Positions 1 to 9,850 of a DNA stretch of 64,000 bases are shown here, piece by piece. The position numbers and the translations under genes were made by a program. Position 1 is the stretch's first letter. Each line of letters begins with the position of its first letter. The notes below the pieces were generated by a model. That model did no database searches and was not told where the DNA came from. It worked only from the letters and a program-made list of their open reading frames with translations. This DNA comes from an uncultured Bacteroidales bacterium (GTDB lineage: Bacteria > Bacteroidota > Bacteroidia > Bacteroidales > UBA10428): contig CAWGCR010000003.1 in NCBI GenBank assembly GCA_963821135.1, positions 788,959-852,958 of the forward strand, written 5' to 3'.

Positions 1-1420
1 GACAAGCCGCTTTTATATTCTTCAACCCAAATTCGTTAATCATTGCCGGTGTGGCAACCAAATCCCCGATGAAAGCAAACGCCTGCCCCATGGATACTGC
101 CCGAAGGGCCTCCTCATTGTCATGAAAGATCAAAAGATCAATATCCGGATATTTCTCAACAAGCGTTTGATGGATGACATAGTCCTTTACCACCGCTATA
201 TTTTTCCCTTTTAGATTCTCGATCGACGAAACAAAAGGAGCGTCATCGCGCGTAAAAATGAATCTGGGAGAATTAAAATATGACCTTGTAAAAAGTATGC
301 TTTTTTCACGGTCTGCGGTTGGCATAAGTGCCCCCACAACATCAGGACCATTATGGTCTTTTAATCCTTTCAAAACATCAGCGAAAGGATCCAGTCTGTT
401 TTCATACTGGAATGATAACCCTGTATTCTCCGAGATTGTATTGAGTAAATCCACTGCGATTCCAACGACCTTTCCATCCTTCAGATAAAAAAGCGGCGGG
501 TGTTTCCAGAAGCTAACCCGGATTGTGTGGTTCTCAGAGATCCATGCCTTTTCTTCCTTGCTAAGTTCGGTTGACTCCACCAGCTTCGGTAAATAACTCC
601 ATTTAGAAATGATGACATGAATTTCTGTTTCTGAAATTAAAGCAATACCCTTATTTAATATTGAAACCAGTTCAGGATAATCAGCCCTAAGTCCAACTCC
701 AAACCATACTGGTTTATCCATGAATACATGTGCCGTAACAACATCAAACAAGTGGTACTTAGGAATAAAAAAAGAATTGTATGAGAGTCCGAAGAAATAA
801 TCGACGTCTCCTTTTTGAACTTTTTGAAGTCCCTCAAGCGCATTATCTACTTCTATAATATTTATCTTATCCTTTATGTGTTCAATGTGTTTTTGGGTGA
901 CATATACCCCTTTGATTACAGCAACACGTTTACCCGCAAAATCTTCCAGCTTCTCAAAAGAAACGCCCTTACGTGCAAAAACTGCCAGATAAGCTGGCCA
1001 GTAGCTGTTTGTAGACACCAGACCCAGGCTATCGCTATATTCAGGATGTATATTTATAATACCATCGATGTTTTTCTTTTGTGCATTGTCAAGGACTTCC
1101 GGAATTGGAGAAACACTTAATTTGATGTTGGTTCCAAGTTTTTGGTTTAGTAAGCTCAGAAAGTCAACTACCATTCCTGAATAAGTTCCATCTGCATTAC
1201 GAATAACATCGGGTTCAAGGTCAGCCGTATATCCAAGGGTAATATTGGGGTGGGCTTTTAACCAGGCCTTTTCTTCTTTTGTAAGTTCAACAACAGTTGT
1301 TGATTTGCTATTTTGAGCAGAAAGAGATATGAAATGTGAAAAGATGAATAGAATTACAAACAGGGCTGTTCTATAGCTATTTAAGATTTTAAAGAAGACT
1401 TTATAATGCACTATCTGCAT
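1..1420 (-). CDS. Sensor protein, N-terminal part (signal peptide + two tandem periplasmic solute-binding SBP_bac_3-like modules); 3' end lies beyond the window start, probably a hybrid sensor histidine kinase
   Basis: Absent from the ORF track because no stop lies in the window. Manual minus-strand translation from ATG at 1420-1418 stays open to position 1: MQIVHYKVFFKILNSYRTALFVILFIFSHFISLSAQNS..ELTKEEKAWLKAHPNITLGYTADLEPDVIRNADGTYSGMVVDF.. A second copy of the module (ELSKEEKAWISENHTIRVSFWKHPPLFYLKDGKVVGIAVDLL) follows about 240 codons later. Confidence 0.7.
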   Translation of the reverse strand, partial: MQIVHYKVFFKILNSYRTALFVILFIFSHFISLSAQNSKSTTVVELTKEEKAWLKAHPNITLGYTADLEPDVIRNADGTYSGMVVDFLSLLNQKLGTNIKLSVSPIPEVLDNAQKKNIDGIINIHPEYSDSLGLVSTNSYWPAYLAVFARKGVSFEKLEDFAGKRVAVIKGVYVTQKHIEHIKDKINIIEVDNALEGLQKVQKGDVDYFFGLSYNSFFIPKYHLFDVVTAHVFMDKPVWFGVGLRADYPELVSILNKGIALISETEIHVIISKWSYLPKLVESTELSKEEKAWISENHTIRVSFWKHPPLFYLKDGKVVGIAVDLLNTISENTGLSFQYENRLDPFADVLKGLKDHNGPDVVGALMPTADREKSILFTRSYFNSPRFIFTRDDAPFVSSIENLKGKNIAVVKDYVIHQTLVEKYPDIDLLIFHDNEEALRAVSMGQAFAFIGDLVATPAMINEFGLKNIKAAC

Positions 1421-1784
1421 TTGGATTCGGGTTGATCAGGCTTAAAGATAAAAAGATTTTATGTACTCAGATTAATCTTTCTTTAATAGAATGGAACTTA
1501 TTAACATGCGATTACCTTAACCCGCTGGTAGGTATATACTATGGTTATAGACCAAAAGCTATTTACATTTAAGATTTTCGTGAGATGTCTACCTTACTCA
1601 AGATCTTGCATAACACAAAGCACATGTACGCGGAGTACAAAGAATAGACTTAGATGAAAGTCTTAAGTTTTTAAATTAGAGATACAATGCATGAATTTTT
1701 TTCAACCAGGAAAGTCGCAACACTTGTAGCCACCAGGTGGGATTTCATACAAAATTCCAACTATTTCCAAAAAAGGAATACCCC

Positions 1785-2522
1785 CTAATTTTCTACGTAT
1801 TTAAACTCTTTATAGGTCATAAACCAAATATCCTGGGTAATGCCCAGATCTTCTTCAGCATTATCGTATTTATCAACTTCTTCTCCGGAAATACTCTTCA
1901 CCAGAACATCGCAACCAGGTTCCCAGTTAGCAGGGGTTAAAACATCGGTGTATTTAACGGTAGTTTGTAATGCAATAATTGAGCGTTTTATCTCGTCAAA
2001 ATTCCTTCCAACTTCCATTGGGTAGAATAGTACTGCCCTAATAAAATTATCCGGATCAATAATAAAGACCCCCCGTACATCCCGGGTAGTACTAACTTGT
2101 TCATGCAGCATCCCGTATCTTCGGGAAATTACGTAATCCTTATCATCGATAAGAGGGAACTCAATTTTTTCAGGTTCATTCTTTAGAAGCATAAGTTCTT
2201 CAAGTGCAGCCTTCCATGCAGTATGCCTCGATACTTCATCTGTCGAAAGCACTGCTATCCGGGTGTTCAGAGCTGTAAACTCATCCTGCATGTGGGCAAG
2301 TTCAATAATCTCGGAGGAACAAACCGGCGTAAAATCTTTGGGGTGACTTAGCAAGATTTTCCACGACCTACCAAAATCATCCGGAAAATGGATTGAACCA
2401 TTTGTCGAATTAGACTTAAAGCTTGGGGCTACTTCCCCAATTAATGGAATGGCGCTTTCGTTTTGTGCACAAACTATGGCAGTAAAACACATTAAAAGCA
2501 AGAGAATGATTGAGTTTTTCAT
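1785..2522 (-). CDS. Peroxiredoxin, 1-Cys/Prx6-like (AhpC/TSA family) with N-terminal signal peptide
   Basis: 245-aa ORF. Signal-like MKNSIILLLLMCFTAIVCAQ. Peroxidatic-Cys motif LLSHPKDFTPVCSSE. Confidence 0.85.
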   Translation of the reverse strand: MKNSIILLLLMCFTAIVCAQNESAIPLIGEVAPSFKSNSTNGSIHFPDDFGRSWKILLSHPKDFTPVCSSEIIELAHMQDEFTALNTRIAVLSTDEVSRHTAWKAALEELMLLKNEPEKIEFPLIDDKDYVISRRYGMLHEQVSTTRDVRGVFIIDPDNFIRAVLFYPMEVGRNFDEIKRSIIALQTTVKYTDVLTPANWEPGCDVLVKSISGEEVDKYDNAEEDLGITQDIWFMTYKEFKYVEN

Positions 2523-2843
2523 TTGATGTTAGATTTACCTATAAACTTAAAGTAAAGTTACATTAAATGAATCCGACAAGAAGGCAGAAAATCTATATGG
2601 GGTCTATTTATATTGAATGCATGTAAAAATCAATAAATCAATAAGATGAAGATTATATTATTTAGAATAGCGAAATAAAATTCAACTTATTAACATAGAA
2701 AATCATGCTAACCGAGTATGTCACATAAGTAAATAGTCTAAACTTAAAAAATATCAATCCAATAATCCCGATAACATGCAGGATGAGATTCCCAAAATCG
2801 TATTGATTTTTGTTTTAATAATTCAATGCATATTGCTTGAATT

Positions 2844-4217
2844 TTATTCCGGTTCGGGTGCCGGAATATACGGATTGTGCAAAGTTGCCTGATAGATTAC
2901 TATACCTTCGTCGATAGTTTCAGTTTCCGACAAAGTAAAATTGTTTCCGGGACTCAGCGTGACATTCCGCGGGCTTCCTCCATTCAAAGGAGATTCTACT
3001 ACTATGTCGGGGCATACGGTAGTCATAATAGCATATTGGTCCATTTCTAATGTCAAAGTATACACATAAGCAGCATCCCTGTTTCCGGAAACTCGTACAA
3101 AGGTTTGACCCATAATGGTGGCGGTACACTCTCCCCCGGCATCGCCGCTACCTGCAACAGCAAGCTCACCGGTACCTGACACAATGGCTTCCCCATTCCC
3201 TGTACCTGTTAGTGTTACCATAACCTCTCCTGCGGTAAGGATCAAAAGCCCTCCGGATCCGACATTCACTTCGGTAGTAATGTCAATATAGGTATGGCAT
3301 TCCGAGTGCACCTTATCATAACTGTTATTCATTTTATCCAGGGTAGTACCCTGAATCCCACACCCTATCGCGGCCTGCATCATGGACTCAATTGTGTGGG
3401 CATAATCGCTGCAACAGGGATCATCGGGCTCACCTAAATCAAGTACATCATTGATACCCTGATCAACGATATTTTCGCAGACTTTGTTTATATCCTCACT
3501 AAAGGAACCTCTTCCCGGCTCATTATAATAGCCAAGCATTTCTCTAAGTGTAAAGAATTTCATGAAGGAGACGCTTGTATCCAGCCAATCGTCCCATGCG
3601 GCCTTATATTCTTCGCATCCGGAAGCCTGCTTATTGTTCACTGCAAAGGAATGGTTTGCACTCTTCAATGAAATGCCCATGGCAGTAGTCAGAAGGTCCA
3701 GTTGGGTATTGATCTGTTCGATAGTCATCTTACCTTCGGCAAACTCACCCAGGAAAAGTGTGCTGGCACTTATGATCTGGCTCCCTGCAGGATAAGTGTG
3801 CTCGCCCAATGGAGTCAGCCACTCGTTCGAACGCAAACGGAAGAGTGCTGATTCTTCAATATCACTTACAGCCGATTTGTACTGAACTGAAATAGTGACC
3901 GGTCTGTAAAGACTTAGGTCTGCAGGCTGAATGGAAAATGACCTGATCTGTCTCTCATTAATGGGCAGATCCTTACTATCCCCGAGGATAGTCAAAGAAA
4001 CAGTAGTAGTATCCCTGATGGCTCCCGGAGGGAAAGTGAGGGTGATAATATTTCCGGACTCATCGGAAACCTGTAATTCTCCGCCGTAGGGAGAAACTTC
4101 AGAGGTAGTAGTAAGGTCCTCGTAGTTGCCGTTAGTCTGAGGCTCCGCATCTTTCTCTGAACAGCTGCTGAACAAGAGCACGATCAGAATTGCAAAAATA
4201 ATTTTTTGAGTGTTCAT
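2844..4217 (-). CDS. Hypothetical Cys-rich lipoprotein, no family recognised
   Basis: ORF 2844..4253. The internal ATG at 4217 gives a clean lipoprotein signal, MNTQKIIFAILIVLLFSSC. There are 8 further Cys and a Gly-rich beta-like C-terminal third (GSGGLLILTAGEVMVTLTGTGNGEAIVSGTGELAVAGSGDAGG). Confidence 0.7.
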   Translation of the reverse strand: MNTQKIIFAILIVLLFSSCSEKDAEPQTNGNYEDLTTTSEVSPYGGELQVSDESGNIITLTFPPGAIRDTTTVSLTILGDSKDLPINERQIRSFSIQPADLSLYRPVTISVQYKSAVSDIEESALFRLRSNEWLTPLGEHTYPAGSQIISASTLFLGEFAEGKMTIEQINTQLDLLTTAMGISLKSANHSFAVNNKQASGCEEYKAAWDDWLDTSVSFMKFFTLREMLGYYNEPGRGSFSEDINKVCENIVDQGINDVLDLGEPDDPCCSDYAHTIESMMQAAIGCGIQGTTLDKMNNSYDKVHSECHTYIDITTEVNVGSGGLLILTAGEVMVTLTGTGNGEAIVSGTGELAVAGSGDAGGECTATIMGQTFVRVSGNRDAAYVYTLTLEMDQYAIMTTVCPDIVVESPLNGGSPRNVTLSPGNNFTLSETETIDEGIVIYQATLHNPYIPAPEPE

Positions 4218-4298
4218 TTCAATAACAGTTTTAGATAAGTGTAAAATTCTCAATAAGTTACTGATTATTTTCTAAAAAAAGAAATGATTTTTTTAATC

Positions 4299-7049
4299 TT
4301 AGTCTTTCGTCATTGTAATTTTATAGCAATAGGACTTTTCATTGATAAATACTTTTATCACATATACTCCATTCATTTGACTTGAAATATCAATCTCAAG
4401 TTGTTCTTTCATGTTGTTATGATCGTATCTCTGGTCAAATATAACCGAACCTAAAATGTTAGTAAGGGTAATCCGGTCTACCTGAAATTCACCAGGATTG
4501 TTTATATATACCTTGCCCATCGTAGGATTTGGGAAAACTTCGAGGGAGGAGAAAATATTCTCAATAACAGATACAATAGTAACTGATTGACTGTTAGATG
4601 TCGCCGAACAAGCATTTTCATCTGTTACCACTACCCAGTATTCTCCATGTTCGGTAGCTGTGTACTGATAATCAGTATCTGGCAATTCTAATTCGATTCC
4701 ATCTTTATACCAAACATAGCTATAATCCGGGCTTTCAGTAGCAGTCAAAAGTGTTCCATCCAAAGCTAATTCTACCTCAGGCAAAGGACTTACTGTAACA
4801 TCTACCCTATTTGAAGGTAACGGAATAATGTTACAATAATCAGTAATTTCAACATGGAAAGTACCTGTTTCATTTACCAAAAGATTAAAGTCAATTGCAT
4901 CGGCAATGACAACATCATCTTTATACCATACATATTCAACATCTCCCCTATTATCTGCGCTTAAAAACAGACTTTCTCCATCGCAAAGGTTCGGATCAGC
5001 CGAAGGTGTTAAAACCGGATCTGGCAATTCACTATTCACAATGTATAAAGTCTCTTCGCCGGGAATGCCAATAATCGGAGGAACAGAAGAATTAATGCGC
5101 ACATGATAGTTATCGCCGGTAGAAATTGTTTTTGGTATTGTTACTGTAATTTGCCCGACTGAATCTGTTGTGCTTAAACTACCCATTATAATAGGTTTTT
5201 CAAAGCTTCCCCAATAATCGGAGAGTTCAACAGTAAAAGTATTTCCGGGATTTACTTCTGCCGATATATAATCAATTTTCACATTACTTCCCGAACATAA
5301 CAAAATCCTTGGAAGATTTTCAACCTTAACAGTAGGCGACAAAAAAACAGGTAGTCTATACAATGTTAAACCGATGACTGAATCGTTGGTTACAGTACAT
5401 GAATAAGGACCCTCGTCTTCTGATGAAGGATTACGAATAATTAGAACGGAATCAGTACTTCCAGCAAACATATCATTGTCACTGATGTCCCCAAAGTTTT
5501 GTGTCCACTGGTAGTGACTATACAGACCACCCGTTTGTGCTTCAAGCTGCACTGTATCCTCTACAGTATAATAAACAGTGTCAATAGTTGCAATGGAATC
5601 CTGGGGAGAATAAGTGTTGAGGATGTGAATGTTTGGTTCCAGGTCTCCGAAAGTGAACTTATTGTTTTCAACATGAAACTGATCAATAAATTCGAGTCCT
5701 GAGAAATCGGGAAGGTCTTCAAGATTATTATTTCGAATATGTATGCGTCTTAAAGTAGTAATAGTAGTTAATTCTATAGGAACGGGGCCTGATAATTCAT
5801 TGTTCTGTACAAACAAACGTTGCAGATTGGATAAATTTCCTAGTGAAGGTGGCAAACTTCCGATAAGCTGATTCTCACTAACAATAAGGTTCATTAAATT
5901 GGTCAGATTTCCTAATTCAGATGGGATGGAACCTGTAAGTTCGTTTCCATACAACTCAAAATATACCATTTCCGATAAATTACCTAATTCGGGTGGGATA
6001 GTTCCCGTCAGATTATTTGAGCTAAGGGATAATTGGTTCAAATGGGTCAAATTACCAAACTCGGGAGGTATCTCGCCTGTCAATTCATTATCGTAAATAT
6101 TCAGAACCCTCAATTCAGATAACTTGGCTAATTCAACCGGTATATGATCGATTAGTTGGCAATGAAATGCCTCCAAAAAGCGTAAGATTGATAAATTACC
6201 TAATTCAGATGGAATCGGCCCTCCCAAAGGATTATAGGAAAGATATAATAAATTTAGATTTGATAAGTTACCTAATTCCGCAGGAATTCCACCTGTTAAA
6301 CTATTATTGGATAATTTTAACGAACTAAGATTCAGTAAAATGCCTAATTCAGGAGGAATAGAACCTGAAAGATCATTATACTGCAAATCCAGGTCGGTAA
6401 GATTGCTGAGATTTCCCAGATTAGCCGGAATTTCATCTGTAAGATTGTTACTGTTTAATTTTAAGTATCGCAAATTGGGTAAATCACCCAATTCTGGTGG
6501 AATACTTCCTGACAGTTCGTTATAAGATAAGTGCAGAGATTGTAACTTGCCTAAGCTACCTAAAACCGCAGGTATGGCACCCGTTATTGAATTATCTAAC
6601 AGTTCAATTTGAGAGATATTAGTCAGCCCCCCGATTTCAGGAGGTATATTACCAATAAGATTACAGCTGCCCAGAAAAAGGGTCTGAAGTTTTTTCAACT
6701 TACCTATCTCAGGAGGAATACTATCTGTTAGCATGCTATTAAGAGCGAGCTGCAATCCTACCAGGCTGTCAAGATCACCTATCGCAGGAGGGATATTGCC
6801 ATTCAAATTGTTTTTAGGTAGGTATATTTCGGAAACTCTCCCTTGGTATAATGATATTCCAAACCAGGTCTCCAGATCATCAGTCTTCCAGCCTGTGTTA
6901 TCGGTCCAGTTATCACCATCAGTACTATCGTATAATGAAACAAGGGCAAGAGAGTCTGTCAGGATATCGCCGGCATGTAAAGAAGAAGTGCAAAAAAGGA
7001 ATCCAAAGCTGAGCAATGCAGCTTTAGCAATACCGTTTAATGATTTCAT
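4299..7049 (-). CDS. Secreted leucine-rich-repeat protein (plant-type LRR array + Ig-like modules) with T9SS type A C-terminal sorting domain
   Basis: 916 aa with a signal peptide (MKSLNGIAKAALLSFGFLFCTSSLHA). About 16 uniform 24-residue LRRs (e.g. LSNLTDLDLQYNDLSGSIPPELGI). The C-terminus (FPNPTMGKVYINN..NGVYVIKVFINEKSYCYKITMTKD) is typical of Por/T9SS sorting domains. Confidence 0.85.
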   Translation of the reverse strand: MKSLNGIAKAALLSFGFLFCTSSLHAGDILTDSLALVSLYDSTDGDNWTDNTGWKTDDLETWFGISLYQGRVSEIYLPKNNLNGNIPPAIGDLDSLVGLQLALNSMLTDSIPPEIGKLKKLQTLFLGSCNLIGNIPPEIGGLTNISQIELLDNSITGAIPAVLGSLGKLQSLHLSYNELSGSIPPELGDLPNLRYLKLNSNNLTDEIPANLGNLSNLTDLDLQYNDLSGSIPPELGILLNLSSLKLSNNSLTGGIPAELGNLSNLNLLYLSYNPLGGPIPSELGNLSILRFLEAFHCQLIDHIPVELAKLSELRVLNIYDNELTGEIPPEFGNLTHLNQLSLSSNNLTGTIPPELGNLSEMVYFELYGNELTGSIPSELGNLTNLMNLIVSENQLIGSLPPSLGNLSNLQRLFVQNNELSGPVPIELTTITTLRRIHIRNNNLEDLPDFSGLEFIDQFHVENNKFTFGDLEPNIHILNTYSPQDSIATIDTVYYTVEDTVQLEAQTGGLYSHYQWTQNFGDISDNDMFAGSTDSVLIIRNPSSEDEGPYSCTVTNDSVIGLTLYRLPVFLSPTVKVENLPRILLCSGSNVKIDYISAEVNPGNTFTVELSDYWGSFEKPIIMGSLSTTDSVGQITVTIPKTISTGDNYHVRINSSVPPIIGIPGEETLYIVNSELPDPVLTPSADPNLCDGESLFLSADNRGDVEYVWYKDDVVIADAIDFNLLVNETGTFHVEITDYCNIIPLPSNRVDVTVSPLPEVELALDGTLLTATESPDYSYVWYKDGIELELPDTDYQYTATEHGEYWVVVTDENACSATSNSQSVTIVSVIENIFSSLEVFPNPTMGKVYINNPGEFQVDRITLTNILGSVIFDQRYDHNNMKEQLEIDISSQMNGVYVIKVFINEKSYCYKITMTKD
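5655..6839 (-). repeat. In-frame array of about 16 tandem 72-nt (24-codon) LRR units inside the 4299..7049 CDS
   Basis: Protein residues ~71-465 repeat LxxLxxLxLxxNxLxGxIPxELGNLxN. Antisense shadow ORFs on the plus strand repeat PNSGGI with the same period. Confidence 0.8.
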
Positions 7050-7206
7050 GAGTAACTTGTTAAGGATTATAAATTGGAATAATCTGGAATTTATGAAAAA
7101 TACTCACGATATCAAAATACTTGAACTGCTCCTGAGGTATTCTCACTAGTATTTGAATAAGAGAATTAGTAATTTTTTCAGATAAAATAACTACCAATGT
7201 TTTAAT

Positions 7207-7236
7207 CAAAAAAAACCGGCACAAGGCCGGTTTTAA
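7207..7236 (-). terminator. Rho-independent terminator downstream of the 7248..9341 gene
   Basis: Perfect 7-bp stem AACCGGC (7214-7220) / GCCGGTT (7226-7232) with a 5-nt loop. On the minus strand it is followed by a T-run (plus-strand A-run 7207-7215). It lies 12 nt after the stop codon. Confidence 0.75.
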
Positions 7237-7247
7237 ATTGTTATATT

Positions 7248-9341
7248 CTAAAACTGATAACAGACGATCTCATTGGGATTCGTTCTGAAATAGATGTAAC
7301 TGTAGACCTGGTCCACTTCATAACTGGGCTCTTTTTCTTTTCCAAGATCAATCAGTTCAACTTTTTCTCCGTTGGCTTTACTAACCTGAATAATTCCATA
7401 AGTCTTTTTCTCGTATTCCGAAAGGATAAATACAAAATCGGGACTTTGGGCTGAAGCTTTAAATCGCTTCATCACATTCTTCATCTCGGCATCGGCAAAT
7501 GAAAATCCTTCAACGGCAACTTCCCCAAATTCCCCGGCTATTTCGCCTGTTACGTTTTTCGTAGCCTGATCATCTGATGCGACAGCAGCCGTTGCAAAAG
7601 CTCCGCCATAGGCACTGGCAGCAGTGGCAATTGTTGCGGCCCTTACTGCATTAGCAATGTGTAAGGCTTTCTTTAATCCTGATAGCTGTGGTGAAGGGAA
7701 ATAGCTCTTATAGACAGTATTTCCTTCCCAGTCCATTTTAATAATATTCTGATCAGAGATAAGGAGAATTCCATCCTCAACCAGTTCCACGGTATTGGGT
7801 TGCTCCTTTTCTTCAAAATCGATCTCATCCGGTGATATTTGCTTTACAGTGGCTTCTTTTTTATCGATGCTGTAAACCAGCTCATCCTTTGATGAGTATG
7901 CAACCAGCAATTCGCCATTTTCGGCAAAAGGCAAGCCATGGATCAATGGATCATAATTATCGGGATCCAACGGCTTGTCTGCAATAATGGGTTTAGGAAG
8001 AATATTCATTCCCGTATTAACATCCATGATATTTATTTCCCGTGAAGTAACATACAATAGTCCCTTTTCAAGTAATTCCGTTTTTCTCAGGTCACCTTTC
8101 AATTTCTCATACTTTTCGTACCTCAGTGTTCCGGTTTCAACATCCAGAATATTCAGGTAATATTCCTCAGCAGCATTGTTCCAGGCATTATCGAAAGCGG
8201 TTGTGATCAAATAAGCTCCATCAATTTCCTCATAACTTACCAGGGCGCCTTGTATTTTAATTCCTTTTCCCTTTTTCCCCCATTCTCCGATTCCTGTTTT
8301 ATAATCAACCAGGTTAACAAGCGGTTTTGCCAGGAAAGGACATACAATCAATCCTCTGGTATCAAATATCATGGTATTAAGCTGTCCTTTGGCTTTGTAT
8401 GGCTCTGACCATAATTCTTTCCCGTCGGATGTATTCAGGGCATAGGTCAGGTTGAAATAGGTTGTGGTTGGTTCGGACGTTGAAGTGGTCTGAGAAGTTT
8501 GTTCTGTTTCAACAGAAGCGTATACAACGCCAGGATCAGAATCAATTATGGCCAGGTCAGCCCTGGTAGAAGGTGAAATAGGTGTTTTCCAGTTTGCTTC
8601 TCCGGTTTGATCATTCAGGGAAATAATGTAGTTAGGATGCGCCAGTAAAAGGGTTCCTTTGTCAATTTCCATTGGATCGGCAGTAAGCCCTGCGATATTG
8701 CCCATAGTAGCAGCCGCAGATTCCAGGTTGGTCATAAATGCACCAAAACCGGATTTTCCTTCGGTACTCTTTTGTACCTTGAACAACTCTTCGTTCATCC
8801 ATAATAGTTCACCTGTGTTGACATCGTACATCAGCAGGGTTAAAGATAACTCGCCTTTTTTTGTTCCTACGACAAGTAATTTACCCGACTTATTCAGGGG
8901 ATGTTTGCTTAGTACAGAGGCAATGCCTTCTCTTTCTGAGTCAAAAATTACTTTTCCATCCATCGGATTAATCATGATCACATCTGAAATCTGACCTCCA
9001 AGGGTAATCGAGAAGAATTGTGTACCCCTTACCTGCTCGTAAGATTCAGGGGAAATCGATCCGAGTTTTGAATTCTCCCAAAGCGTTTCGCCGGTTTCCG
9101 GATTAATTCCATACAAGGCCTGTTGGGTACTAACGATAAGATAACCCAGGTTGGTCACTCTTTGCCAGGCGACGGGACTGTTAAAATTTTTTGTCCATGA
9201 GGGATGGATTTCTGCTTTGGAGATACCGAATGCAAAAACATCAGAAACAATAGATAAGTTTTTTTCATAGCAAAAGTAGTTTTGTAAGTACACCCTTATA
9301 CATGATAATTGGTGAAATGTTTCCCCAATGCTGAATATCAT
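7248..9341 (-). CDS. PQQ-like (BamB-like) beta-propeller repeat protein; predicted N-terminus doubtful (see findings)
   Basis: 697-aa ORF with recurrent propeller-blade motifs: YGINPETGETLWEN, MYDVNTGELLWMNE, LNDQTGEANWKT, NTSDGKELWSE, LDVETGTLRYE, MDVNTGMNIL. The track N-terminus has no signal peptide. Confidence 0.7.
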   Translation of the reverse strand: MIFSIGETFHQLSCIRVYLQNYFCYEKNLSIVSDVFAFGISKAEIHPSWTKNFNSPVAWQRVTNLGYLIVSTQQALYGINPETGETLWENSKLGSISPESYEQVRGTQFFSITLGGQISDVIMINPMDGKVIFDSEREGIASVLSKHPLNKSGKLLVVGTKKGELSLTLLMYDVNTGELLWMNEELFKVQKSTEGKSGFGAFMTNLESAAATMGNIAGLTADPMEIDKGTLLLAHPNYIISLNDQTGEANWKTPISPSTRADLAIIDSDPGVVYASVETEQTSQTTSTSEPTTTYFNLTYALNTSDGKELWSEPYKAKGQLNTMIFDTRGLIVCPFLAKPLVNLVDYKTGIGEWGKKGKGIKIQGALVSYEEIDGAYLITTAFDNAWNNAAEEYYLNILDVETGTLRYEKYEKLKGDLRKTELLEKGLLYVTSREINIMDVNTGMNILPKPIIADKPLDPDNYDPLIHGLPFAENGELLVAYSSKDELVYSIDKKEATVKQISPDEIDFEEKEQPNTVELVEDGILLISDQNIIKMDWEGNTVYKSYFPSPQLSGLKKALHIANAVRAATIATAASAYGGAFATAAVASDDQATKNVTGEIAGEFGEVAVEGFSFADAEMKNVMKRFKASAQSPDFVFILSEYEKKTYGIIQVSKANGEKVELIDLGKEKEPSYEVDQVYSYIYFRTNPNEIVCYQF

Positions 9342-9472
9342 AGTATTAAATAGTGAATTTGGAAGATTCCCAGGTGCTCCCTGTTTAATTCAGGTGAGTA
9401 AATAAGAATCAGGCAGATGACGCCGGCTTCTGCCCGGGAAGTAGGTTAAATGAAGCGAAATTGTATAATGAA

Positions 9473-9850
9473 TTATTCTTTCGACTTCTTTTCGGAATAC
9501 TTATGCATCGATTCCAGGATCTTGGTAAGATCATCCTCATATTTATTTACCATATCGATTGTAAGGGGATTGGCTGCAACCCATTGGAGCTTGTTCTCCT
9601 CATCGGGCTCGGTAATAAAAGTAAGGTTTTTTACCTTTTTCTTATGCTCGATTCTGAGTGCGATTTTATTCTTATTAACAACACTCAGCGTGTTCTTGCC
9701 CTGGTTGATTGAATTTGAGCCAACTATCGTTTCAAAATTAATAACTATCTCATTTAGCATTGGCTGATACGAGGGAGGCAATACCTGGCTAAAAATTACA
9801 TTTGTATACAGAATCATACCAAGTACCATGAGTGCTTTTAGTATTTTCAT
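9473..9850 (-). CDS. Small secreted hypothetical protein
   Basis: 125-aa ORF with signal peptide MKILKALMVLGMILYTNVIFSQ. No recognisable family. Confidence 0.6.
   Translation of the reverse strand: MKILKALMVLGMILYTNVIFSQVLPPSYQPMLNEIVINFETIVGSNSINQGKNTLSVVNKNKIALRIEHKKKVKNLTFITEPDEENKLQWVAANPLTIDMVNKYEDDLTKILESMHKYSEKKSKE

Noticed and set aside
5899-6525. Several plus-strand ORFs with recurring PNSGGI.P peptides
   Set aside because: They are antisense images of the periodic LRR-coding repeats in the 4299..7049 gene. The periodicity comes from the coding repeat, not from independent genes.
5655-6839. 72-nt periodic DNA that could be mistaken for a tandem-repeat or CRISPR-like array
   Set aside because: The repeats are in frame, degenerate at the nucleotide level and encode LRR units. 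There is no repeat-spacer structure.
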